Positions 10,349 through 18,993 of a DNA stretch of 64,000 nucleotides are shown here, piece by piece. The translations under genes and the position numbers were made by a program. This stretch comes from an uncultured Oscillospiraceae bacterium (GTDB taxonomy: Bacteria > Bacillota > Clostridia > Oscillospirales > Feifaniaceae), in the NCBI GenBank assembly GCA_964370145.1, contig CAYJIE010000001.1, positions 24,705 to 88,704 of the forward strand. Direction: 5' to 3'. The notes under the pieces are model-generated. The model was not told the DNA's origin and made no database searches. It saw only the letters and a list, made by a program, of their open reading frames with translations. Within the stretch, counting starts at the first letter, position 1. Every line of letters starts with the position of its first letter.

Positions 10349-12721
10349 ATGAAAAAAATACTCGTACTTATCCTCGTACTAGCAATGTTTGCACTTAATG
10401 CAGCACCATTTGCACAAGCTGCTTATATCGTGCAAAGCGGAGATGTTCTCTGGAGAATTGCTCAAAACAATGGCACAACATGGCAAGAGCTTGCTGATTA
10501 TAATGAGCTTGAAAATCCAAACTTAATTTACACAGGTCAAATCCTTGAAATTCCAGGTGATGTGACACCAGAACCAACACCAGAACCAACAGTTTCTGTT
10601 GAAGAATTCGAAGTTGAATATGAGATGTTTGGAACAACATCAGCAGGAGTTGCAAAAAATGACACATTCCTATGGTCTGGTGTGACAGAAGACGGCATCA
10701 TCACAGAGCTTGAATTTGATGTATGGCGCAATATGGGAACAGCTGATGGCTACTCAAAGAAAGACATCTATGGTTATGAGATGAATATCTCTGACGTTGA
10801 AATCGTTGAAACAGAAGACGGCACACTTGATCTTGTGAATATCACTGTTTACAGTGGTGGACTTCCTGGTCTTTCACAATATGGATATGGTGCATCATGC
10901 GAAGACATCACAGTTGACACAAAATTCGGTGATTTGACATTCTTTAATGACTTTAGCGGCGCAGCTGTTGAGGACGAAGAAAAGGTTCTTCTTGCGTACA
11001 GCTTACTAGCTGCTGAAGTTGGTGTTGACGAGCTTACAATGGAAACACCACTTGTTGAATTCCTAGATGACTATGGCGTATATGCAAATGGCGAAATCAC
11101 AACAGGTGAGAATCGCATCTCATTTGACGGTGCACGTGGCGGCAGAAGCTATGGCGAGCAACTTGATGCAGTTGTGGATTATATCCTTGCAGAAGGCATG
11201 ACACAAGAAGAAGTATATGAATTCTTCAAAGGCGGAAATCCAGTTGGGACTCCTGACGCAGTTGCAGGCGTTACAATTTCATTCGTAGGCGACTGGCAAA
11301 GAATGGTATACATTGCCATCCACGGTGAGCTATTCAATGGCGTTCTTTCAACATCTGAGAGAGATGAAGGTACAAGATATGAAGTTGTAACACAAGGCTA
11401 CGCAGGCGAGATTGAGACATATGTAACAATCGACGCTAATGGCGATGTTGTTTCAATTGAAGTAAGAGATGCTAATGAGACAGCAGGAATCGGTGCTGTT
11501 CTTACAGAAGACGATTCAGCATTTATCCAAGCACTTGTTGCAGGTGCTGACGATGTGACAGCGGTTGACGGCGTTGCTGGCGCGACAGTTACATCAAACG
11601 CACTTAAAGAGGCAGTTGTATATGCTCAAGAGGCATTTGCAGCTGACCCATTAGAGGCTGTTGAAGTTTCTGTTGAAGAATTTGAAGTTGAATATGAGAT
11701 GTTTGGAACAACATCAGCAGGAGTTGCAAAAAATGACACATTCCTATGGTCTGGTGTGACAGAAGACGGCATCATCACAGAGCTTGAATTTGATGTATGG
11801 CGCAATATGGGAACAGCTGATGGCTACTCAAAGAAAGACATCTATGGTTATGAGATGAATATCTCTGACGTTGAAATCGTTGAAACAGAAGACGGCACAC
11901 TTGATCTTGTGAATATCACTGTTTACAGTGGTGGACTTCCTGGTCTTTCACAATATGGATATGGTGCATCATGCGAAGACATCACAGTTGACACAAAATT
12001 CGGTGATTTGACATTCTTTAATGACTTTAGCGGCGCAGCTGTTGAGGACGAAGAAAAGGTTCTTCTTGCGTACAGCTTACTAGCTGCTGAAGTTGGTGTT
12101 GACGAGCTTACAATGGAAACACCACTTGTTGAATTCCTAGATGACTATGGCGTATATGCAAATGGCGAAATCACAACAGGTGAGAATCGCATCTCATTTG
12201 ACGGTGCACGTGGCGGCAGAAGCTATGGCGAGCAACTTGATGCAGTTGTGGATTATATCCTTGCAGAAGGCATGACACAAGAAGAAGTATATGAATTCTT
12301 CAAAGGCGGAAATCCAGTTGGGACTCCTGACGCAGTTGCAGGCGTTACAATTTCATTCGTAGGCGACTGGCAAAGAATGGTATACATTGCCATCCACGGT
12401 GAGCTATTCAATGGCGTTCTTTCAACATCTGAGAGAGATGAAGGTACAAGATATGAAGTTGTAACACAAGGCTACGCAGGCGAGATTGAGACATATGTAA
12501 CAATCGACGCTAATGGCGATGTTGTTTCAATTGAAGTAAGAGATGCTAATGAGACAGCAGGAATCGGTGCTGTTCTTACAGAAGACGATTCAGCATTTAT
12601 CCAAGCACTTATTGCAGGTGCTGACGATGTGACAGCAGTTGACGGCGTTGCTGGCGCGACAGTTACATCAAATGCGCTTAAAGAAGCAGTTGTATATGCT
12701 CAAGAGGCATTTGCAGAATAA
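10349..12721 (+). CDS. secreted LysM-domain protein carrying two tandem copies of a ~358-aa module, each ending in an FMN-binding (FMN_bind-like) domain
   Basis: 790 aa. It has a signal peptide (MKKILVLILVLAMFALNAAPFAQA), a LysM domain (YIVQSGDVLWRIAQNNGTTWQELADYNEL...GQILEIPG) and a PEPTPEPT linker. Two near-identical modules follow, each ending ...DGVAGATVTSNALKEAV, which resembles the NqrC/RnfG-type flavinylation motif. Confidence 0.8.
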   Translation: MKKILVLILVLAMFALNAAPFAQAAYIVQSGDVLWRIAQNNGTTWQELADYNELENPNLIYTGQILEIPGDVTPEPTPEPTVSVEEFEVEYEMFGTTSAGVAKNDTFLWSGVTEDGIITELEFDVWRNMGTADGYSKKDIYGYEMNISDVEIVETEDGTLDLVNITVYSGGLPGLSQYGYGASCEDITVDTKFGDLTFFNDFSGAAVEDEEKVLLAYSLLAAEVGVDELTMETPLVEFLDDYGVYANGEITTGENRISFDGARGGRSYGEQLDAVVDYILAEGMTQEEVYEFFKGGNPVGTPDAVAGVTISFVGDWQRMVYIAIHGELFNGVLSTSERDEGTRYEVVTQGYAGEIETYVTIDANGDVVSIEVRDANETAGIGAVLTEDDSAFIQALVAGADDVTAVDGVAGATVTSNALKEAVVYAQEAFAADPLEAVEVSVEEFEVEYEMFGTTSAGVAKNDTFLWSGVTEDGIITELEFDVWRNMGTADGYSKKDIYGYEMNISDVEIVETEDGTLDLVNITVYSGGLPGLSQYGYGASCEDITVDTKFGDLTFFNDFSGAAVEDEEKVLLAYSLLAAEVGVDELTMETPLVEFLDDYGVYANGEITTGENRISFDGARGGRSYGEQLDAVVDYILAEGMTQEEVYEFFKGGNPVGTPDAVAGVTISFVGDWQRMVYIAIHGELFNGVLSTSERDEGTRYEVVTQGYAGEIETYVTIDANGDVVSIEVRDANETAGIGAVLTEDDSAFIQALIAGADDVTAVDGVAGATVTSNALKEAVVYAQEAFAE
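10592..11665 (+). repeat. tandem direct repeat, unit 1 (1,074 bp, in frame, inside the CDS)
   Basis: Aligns base for base with 11666-12716. By eye I find only 6 substitutions. Confidence 0.9.
11666..12716 (+). repeat. tandem direct repeat, unit 2
   Basis: Offset exactly 1,074 nt from unit 1. Identity ends at the divergent C-terminus (unit 1 ...GCAGCTGACCCA, unit 2 ...GCAGAATAA). Confidence 0.9.
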
Positions 12722-12737
12722 TTTAACTTAATATTTG

Positions 12738-12776
12738 TGGCGCTAAAGCTTTTAACAGCTTTAGCGCCATTTTTTT
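12738..12776 (+). terminator. intrinsic terminator
   Basis: 13-bp stem TGGCGCTAAAGCT / AGCTTTAGCGCCA with a 6-nt loop, followed by a run of 7 T. Confidence 0.8.
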
Positions 12777-12821
12777 GTATAAAAAAAAGGAAATTGTCAA
12801 AAAATATAACAGTGGATATTT

Positions 12822-12845
12822 CACGCCATGCGTGTTGATATAGAT
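12822..12845 (+). promoter_or_regulatory. conserved 24-nt motif with an inverted repeat, copy 2: CACGCCATGCGTGTTGATATAGAT
   Basis: Same motif as 10280-10303, 36 nt upstream of the paralogous gene's start at 12881. Confidence 0.5.
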
Positions 12846-12880
12846 GCACACACAAACAATGGGGATATGAAAGGATTTAT

Positions 12881-14086
12881 ATGAAAAAATTACTGATTTT
12901 ATTACTGGCAATTTCAATGCTTATGATGACTGCTTGTACAAGTGGGGACAATGAGGGTGATACTGATGGCGGAATGGACACAGGTGACAGTGGCGATAAT
13001 GGCGGCACGGATGATGGACAGGGCATGGAGGAGAGTTTTTCAGCGGAATATGAAATGAAGGGGACTACATCGAGTGGTAATCCAAAAAATGATACATTCA
13101 TATTCAATGGGACGACAATGGACGGGGTGATAACAGAGCTTGAGTTTGATATCATCAGAAATAAAGGTACTGAAGATGAATATTCAAAAAAGGATATTTA
13201 CGGGTACTCGATGAATGTCACGGATGCTGATATTGAGGCGGCTGACGAGGGCTTTAACCTTGTCAACTTTTCCGCAATGGGATATTCAACGGAGTATGCC
13301 GAGGGGGCGTCAGCGCAATATCTTGTCTATGGCTCTGTTGATAATGTGACAGATGACACAGTGTTTTCTGACTTAGTTGTCGTTGACTTTATGGGTGAAG
13401 AAATTACACAGGAGCAAGCACTTGTTGCATATACGCCCGTTGCAAAAGAAGCTGGAATTGAGCTTACGTTAGATACGCCGATTAAAGATTTAATTGAGCA
13501 ACATGGATCATATGCAAATGGCACATTCGTTGAGGGCGAGAGGCGTATTTCTTTCGAGGGAATTGCCGGTGGGCGAAGCTATGGCGAGCAAATTGATGCA
13601 ATTAAACAATATATTCTAGACAATAAGATGACACTGGAAGAAGTGTATGAGATGTTCAAGACTGTCAATCAAGCTGATGAGCCAATTGAAGAGCGTGACA
13701 CGGTTGCCGGTGCGACAATCACTTTTGTCGGTGACTTCCAGCGCATGGTATATGTAGCGATGCATGGTGAACTCTTTAATGGTGTGGTCACAACCGGTGA
13801 GACTGAAAACGGGAAAGTCTACGAAGTTGTAACGCAGGGATATGGCGGTGAGATTGAGACGAATGTAACCATTGACGCTGAGGGTAAAGTAACGGCAATT
13901 GAGGTTCGTGATTCAAACGAAACAGCAGATATAGGCTCTGTCTTGACAGAGGACAATTCCGAATTTATTCAAGCTCTCATCGCAGGGCAAGACGATGTGA
14001 TGGCAGTTGAGGCGGTTGCCGGAGCAACAGTTACGTCAAACGCTTTGAAAGAGGCGGTTAAATATGCACAGGATGCGAATAAATAG
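12881..14086 (+). CDS. lipoprotein paralog carrying one copy of the same module with an FMN-binding domain
   Basis: 401 aa with a lipobox (LLAISMLMMTAC) followed by a Gly/Asp-rich linker. Blocks collinear with the repeat module include EYEM.GTTS, ITELEFD, YSKKDIYGY.MN, GGRSYGEQ.DA, FVGD.QRMVY and YEVVTQGY.GEIET. It has two AGAT motifs: DTVAGATITF and AVAGATVTSNALKEAV. Confidence 0.8.
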   Translation: MKKLLILLLAISMLMMTACTSGDNEGDTDGGMDTGDSGDNGGTDDGQGMEESFSAEYEMKGTTSSGNPKNDTFIFNGTTMDGVITELEFDIIRNKGTEDEYSKKDIYGYSMNVTDADIEAADEGFNLVNFSAMGYSTEYAEGASAQYLVYGSVDNVTDDTVFSDLVVVDFMGEEITQEQALVAYTPVAKEAGIELTLDTPIKDLIEQHGSYANGTFVEGERRISFEGIAGGRSYGEQIDAIKQYILDNKMTLEEVYEMFKTVNQADEPIEERDTVAGATITFVGDFQRMVYVAMHGELFNGVVTTGETENGKVYEVVTQGYGGEIETNVTIDAEGKVTAIEVRDSNETADIGSVLTEDNSEFIQALIAGQDDVMAVEAVAGATVTSNALKEAVKYAQDANK

Positions 14087-14104
14087 GAAGTAGACATACA
14101 ATGA

Positions 14105-14153
14105 CAAAAAAATCCCTGCGTTGTGCAAAGCACAATGCAGGGATTTGTGTTTG
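14105..14153. terminator. bidirectional terminator between convergent genes
   Basis: 17-bp stem AAATCCCTGCGTTGTGC / GCACAATGCAGGGATTT with a 3-nt loop. An A run lies upstream and a T-rich tract downstream. Confidence 0.7.
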
Positions 14154-14194
14154 TGGAGCTCGGCTTATAGCATAGCAAATAATTTAATTGCTGA

Positions 14195-16726
14195 TTAATA
14201 GACTACAATTTGATTTTTGCCACTTCTTTTTGCAGTGTATAATGCTTGGTCTGCGCGCTCAAGCAGTTCTGTATAGCTGACGAGCTCGCCCTCCGTGAAA
14301 GCGATGCCGATGCTACTTGAAATGGTGACTTTAATGCCATCTTTTTCATATGTTCGCTCAAGTTTTTCTGCAACCTCATTGGCTTTTTCAACGACTTTGT
14401 CACGGGAATAGTTGTTTTTCATAAGCACACAAAATTCATCTCCACCAATGCGCCCAACAATATCATTTGTCCTAAATGAGCTCTTAATGGCATCGGACAC
14501 ATCCACAAGTACTTGATCACCATATAGATGCCCGAAGTTGTCATTTATAGCTTTGAAATTATCCACATCTATGACAAAGAGTGCCTGCACTTTTTTTTGG
14601 GCCTCAAGTTTCCACAGATATGAGGAGATGATTTGCTCTGTCGCCGACTTATTATACAATGTGGTCATTTTGTCATGTTCTGCCTCGAAACGAAGTGCAA
14701 TTTCTTGACGTTTTTGCGAGTCGATATCTTCAACATAGGCAAAGGCGCAGATGTCGCCACTCACATGGTGCTCATACAGATTTGCGTTGCCGTTTAGCCA
14801 ACGGTATTCACCGTTTTGAGCAATACGTCTATATTGCGAAGAGAACTGCCTCGAGCCGCTTTCATAGGCATTCACAAGGCTTTGGACGGAAGTGATGGTC
14901 CTGAAAGAGTCCTTGTCGTCTGGGTGTACAAGTTTTTCGGTAAAGAGGCCAATCAAATCAGAATATTTCATGTTCGGGTCAAAATTAAAGAGTGTGCGCC
15001 ACTGCTCATGTCCGCTAATTAACTTATTTTTAGTCAAATTAACTTCATATGCCAAGACGGATTTATTAGCAAGCATTGTCTCATAAAATCTTCGATGTTC
15101 TTTTGTTTTTTGCTCAGCCTTGCGCTCCTCATCGATATCTCTTAAGTATATACGAGCCATATAGTCGCCCATATCATCTTTGATGACGGCAACAGAAATT
15201 TCAGTCCACAGTGGATTTCGATCATCGGAAGAGGTCTTAAAAGGAATTGAAATCGCTGACAGCAAATATCCGTCCTCATATTTTTTAATAAGCGCTGCTG
15301 GAGAAATTAGTTCAATGACATTTTTCTGAAATTCTTCAGCAGTATGTGTTCTTGGCATAATTGCTGAGAACATTTCATATGTCAACGGGGAAGAAGCCTT
15401 TATCCCAAGGTCAAGATTTTCACGAAGAAAACTGATTTCGTTTTTAGATAAATTAGCCTCGCAGAAAAGCTCCCTATCGCGTGAAGTAGCCCTTGCAAAT
15501 TCACTTTCTCTTTGCATTTTGCTTCTCTCACCGATATCGCGACAAACTCCGATTGCCTTAAATGGGCTGCCGTCCTCTGAATAAACAGTGGTTAGTGTAA
15601 GTTCAAAGCTATGTTTAACTCCGTTTTCACCGAGCCCCATAACAAAGCATTTTGCTGACGGAGCACCCTTGTCAACCTTGTCAAAAAAGTCATTATACGC
15701 TTGAAGAGAAGAATCAAGCACATTGCCCATGATAACGTCATGCTCTGCTTGGACCTTAGCATAAGCGGAGTGGTCATTACTGCTAACACTTGGCGTATAA
15801 ACAGTCTTCTCCTTTGAGCTGACAATATATTCAAACATTGTAATTTGTGTTAATGACATTGCAATTTCATAGCGCATTTCGCTAAGTTTAATTGACTGCT
15901 CCTGCGCCTTTTGCCTTGAAATGTCAACAACAATTGCCTGTAAAATTTTGTGACCATTGTCACCAACAAAAACACTGCCCTTTTCAAGCACCCAGAGGGG
16001 CTTGTTTTCTCTGGTTACCAACCTGTATTCAATAGAATAGGCTTTACCCTGTTCAATGCGATCTTGCGCCTCGGCGTTAACACGTTCCCAGTCAGCGGGA
16101 TAAATAAAATTTGAGGTTTTCTTACCAATGATTAAATCTCTTTCGTATGGATTGTATTGGAGCATGGAGAGAAAGCCCTCGCTCGCATATTTAATCGTGT
16201 ATCCCTCATCAATATCGCATTGCAAAATTCCACCATGAATATTATTTGTGAGTGATTCAAGTTCTCTTAGCTTTGTGTCAAGAAAGCCCGAGAAAGCCAC
16301 CTGGGAATCACCTTTATTTGTGGTCAAAACAAGCGGCTTTGACAAGTGCATTTGCACAAACTTCATCTGTGCATCATTCAGAAGGACAAAGGCGCTGACC
16401 TTAACGGTTGGATTATCTGCACATTTTTTGTCAGAATCAAGCAAATCAAATTCTCCGAGAACACTAAATGTCATCGGAGTGATTTCTTTTATTATTAAAT
16501 TAATCCTGTCAAGCGTGTAACTAATTTTCCACATTTCAAAATACTTTTTAAAAGCAGCTAATGTGTCGGCAGCATTTTCAGTTGTGCGTTCATTTCCACT
16601 GCCGATCATGGAAAAATTACCCGTAATACTATCTCTGATAAAATCAATGTCTTTGTTAACAAAGAAGTTGTTGAGAAACTGCGTTGCAAATTGCTCAACA
16701 TTTTTATGGTTATTGATATTTTTCAT
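14195..16726 (-). CDS. multi-PAS diguanylate cyclase (GGDEF domain)
   Basis: 843 aa. The C-terminal GGDEF domain has an intact active site (RIGGDEFCVLM) and an RxxD I-site (RTND) 5 residues upstream. Several PAS-like segments precede it, and the first ~130 aa form a domain of unclear type. Confidence 0.85.
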   Translation of the reverse strand: MKNINNHKNVEQFATQFLNNFFVNKDIDFIRDSITGNFSMIGSGNERTTENAADTLAAFKKYFEMWKISYTLDRINLIIKEITPMTFSVLGEFDLLDSDKKCADNPTVKVSAFVLLNDAQMKFVQMHLSKPLVLTTNKGDSQVAFSGFLDTKLRELESLTNNIHGGILQCDIDEGYTIKYASEGFLSMLQYNPYERDLIIGKKTSNFIYPADWERVNAEAQDRIEQGKAYSIEYRLVTRENKPLWVLEKGSVFVGDNGHKILQAIVVDISRQKAQEQSIKLSEMRYEIAMSLTQITMFEYIVSSKEKTVYTPSVSSNDHSAYAKVQAEHDVIMGNVLDSSLQAYNDFFDKVDKGAPSAKCFVMGLGENGVKHSFELTLTTVYSEDGSPFKAIGVCRDIGERSKMQRESEFARATSRDRELFCEANLSKNEISFLRENLDLGIKASSPLTYEMFSAIMPRTHTAEEFQKNVIELISPAALIKKYEDGYLLSAISIPFKTSSDDRNPLWTEISVAVIKDDMGDYMARIYLRDIDEERKAEQKTKEHRRFYETMLANKSVLAYEVNLTKNKLISGHEQWRTLFNFDPNMKYSDLIGLFTEKLVHPDDKDSFRTITSVQSLVNAYESGSRQFSSQYRRIAQNGEYRWLNGNANLYEHHVSGDICAFAYVEDIDSQKRQEIALRFEAEHDKMTTLYNKSATEQIISSYLWKLEAQKKVQALFVIDVDNFKAINDNFGHLYGDQVLVDVSDAIKSSFRTNDIVGRIGGDEFCVLMKNNYSRDKVVEKANEVAEKLERTYEKDGIKVTISSSIGIAFTEGELVSYTELLERADQALYTAKRSGKNQIVVY

Positions 16727-16852
16727 GATTCACTCCAAAAGTAATCTGTCTTTTTCTATCATATTCTACCATATAGTTTGACGAATTTCAATAGCAAACT
16801 TACATTTTTTATGAAAATTCCTCGACAAAATGTAACAAAATGCTTTTCTAGC

Positions 16853-17539
16853 CTAAATTAGGCCGAAAAGCATTAAGCCAATTGTATTAATAGCGAAGTT
16901 CGCCGCCATATGAAGCACCCACGACGCATATATATTCTTTGAGCGCTCAATGAGAAAGTTGAACACAAGCCCTGCAAGAACAAGCCCCATGATAGCGAGC
17001 AAAAGCAGGGATATATGCACCCAGCCGATCATCATCGCCACATGGTATAGAGAAAAGGCGGCGGCGGAAAATATATTTGCTAGGCGGGGCGAAATGTATT
17101 GACTGAGTGAAAAATAAGCGAAGGCACGGAAGAAAAATTCTTCTAGCAGTGAATTAATGAATGAGATATAAAAGGCGACGCCGATGAAATTGCTTCCCGT
17201 TATGCCGCTGTTTTCAGCGAGAGAGGGCACGATTTGCGACAAATCAAAAAAGGCGCCGAATAGCATATAAGCGGCGACTGCTATGGCATATAACAATATG
17301 CCAAGTCCAACTGCTTCTAGAATGAACTTTTTATCTGACCGCCAAACGGTGAGAAGTAATTTGTCCTTGTGATATATGGAATATATGGTGGGGAGCACGA
17401 GGAATAAACTCGCCTTTATGATGGATTTTATGAAATAACTTGGGGTTATTACATAATCAACCACTGCCATTATCACAAGAATGATAATGACAGTGGCAAT
17501 AAGTGAAACTGCCTCTTTTTTCTTTTGAATGATATTCAA
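16853..17539 (-). CDS. CPBP-family intramembrane glutamic endopeptidase (CAAX protease-like)
   Basis: 228 aa and polytopic, with motifs LLEEFFFRAF, FSLYHV and VLHMAANF. Confidence 0.8.
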   Translation of the reverse strand: MNIIQKKKEAVSLIATVIIILVIMAVVDYVITPSYFIKSIIKASLFLVLPTIYSIYHKDKLLLTVWRSDKKFILEAVGLGILLYAIAVAAYMLFGAFFDLSQIVPSLAENSGITGSNFIGVAFYISFINSLLEEFFFRAFAYFSLSQYISPRLANIFSAAAFSLYHVAMMIGWVHISLLLLAIMGLVLAGLVFNFLIERSKNIYASWVLHMAANFAINTIGLMLFGLI

Positions 17540-17562
17540 TAAAATCTCCTTGATTTTCGTGT

Positions 17563-18993
17563 CTAGTCGAGCTTTTGCAGCTCATCTGATAGAATTTTAT
17601 TTGTTACAAGTGGGTTTGCCTTACTCTTAGTTTTCGCCATGACTTGACCGACGAGAGCAGAAAATGCCGCATGTTTGCCTTTTTTATAATCTTGAACGGT
17701 TTTTTCGTTTGAACTGAGCACCTCGATGACAACGACTCTGATTTTTTCCTCATCATTGATTTGTGCAAGGTCATGCTCTTTTACATAGCGTTCGGGGTCA
17801 ATGTCATTGTCCCAAAGATTCTTTACAAGCTTTTTGGCAACACTTGATGTTATATATTGTGCGGCGCTCATATCGGCGATTACAGCCAAAGTTTCAGGGC
17901 TGATTTTTATATCAACATTGTCGGTGCTAATTAGCCTAAACACCTCGCCTGTCAATAAATTAGCCGCAGTTTTAGGGCTCTTTGAAATTTTTGCACAAAT
18001 ATCAAAATAGTCAGATATCGCCTTGTCGGAGATTATCATCTCTGCAACGGCATTTTCAAGGCCATATGCGTTGATATACTCTTCCTTGCGGCGATCCGGC
18101 ATTGCTTCAAGTGTGTCGCTTATCTGTGCGATTTTCTCAACAGAAAGTTCAATTAATGGCAAGTCGGGGTCGGGGAAATAGCGGTAGTCATTGGCGTTTT
18201 CTTTAGAGCGCATTGAAAATGTCTTGTTTTGATTTGCATCATAACGTCTGGTTTCTTGCACAATTTCACGCCCCTCAAGTGTCGCTTCGACTTGACGATT
18301 ATACTCATATTCAATCGCTTTTGCGATAAATGCGAAAGAGTTGAGATTTTTCATCTCTGTTCTGGTGCCAAAAACATCACTGCCATTTTTTCGAATAGAC
18401 AAATTGACATCACAACGCAGACTTCCTTCCTCCATTTTGCAGTCAGAAACCCCTGTGAACATTATTATTGCACGAAGCTTCCTTAGATATGCAACAGCTT
18501 CTTCGGCAGAGCGCATGTCGGGCTCTGAAACGATTTCAATGAGTGGAACTCCACAGCGATTGCAGTCAATCATTGTGCCATGGTCATCATCGTGAAGGAG
18601 TTTGCCTGCGTCCTCCTCGATGTGAATTCTTGTGATACCCACACGTTTTGCGCCATTTGAGGTTTCGATATCGACATATCCTCCCTCGCAGAGCGGCAGA
18701 TCAAATTGCGAGATTTGATATGCTTTTGGCAGGTCGGGATAGAAGTAGTTTTTTCTGTCTTGCTTAGACTTGTTTGCAATGTGACAATTTGTTGCAAGCC
18801 CTGCTTTAACAGCATATTCCACGACTTTCTCATTTAACACGGGAAGAGTTCCGGGCATCCCCATACAAATCGGGCAACACTGCGTATTAGGCTCCGCGCC
18901 GAACTCCGTTTTACAGTCACAAAAAATCTTAGAATTTGTTTTTAGCTCAACATGGACTTCAAGACCGATGACCATTTCATAGTTTTTAATCAT
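17563..18993 (-). CDS. gatB: Asp-tRNA(Asn)/Glu-tRNA(Gln) amidotransferase subunit B
   Basis: 476 aa with N-terminal YEMVIGLEVHVELKTNSKIFC and a C-terminal YqeY-like tail. The start overlaps the gatA stop by 4 nt. Confidence 0.95.
   Translation of the reverse strand: MIKNYEMVIGLEVHVELKTNSKIFCDCKTEFGAEPNTQCCPICMGMPGTLPVLNEKVVEYAVKAGLATNCHIANKSKQDRKNYFYPDLPKAYQISQFDLPLCEGGYVDIETSNGAKRVGITRIHIEEDAGKLLHDDDHGTMIDCNRCGVPLIEIVSEPDMRSAEEAVAYLRKLRAIIMFTGVSDCKMEEGSLRCDVNLSIRKNGSDVFGTRTEMKNLNSFAFIAKAIEYEYNRQVEATLEGREIVQETRRYDANQNKTFSMRSKENANDYRYFPDPDLPLIELSVEKIAQISDTLEAMPDRRKEEYINAYGLENAVAEMIISDKAISDYFDICAKISKSPKTAANLLTGEVFRLISTDNVDIKISPETLAVIADMSAAQYITSSVAKKLVKNLWDNDIDPERYVKEHDLAQINDEEKIRVVVIEVLSSNEKTVQDYKKGKHAAFSALVGQVMAKTKSKANPLVTNKILSDELQKLD

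Noticed and set aside
12723-13155. Minus-strand ORFs at 12723-12917 and 12877-13155.
   Set aside because: They overlap the terminator, the promoter and the lipoprotein gene's 5' end, and their translations are low-complexity.
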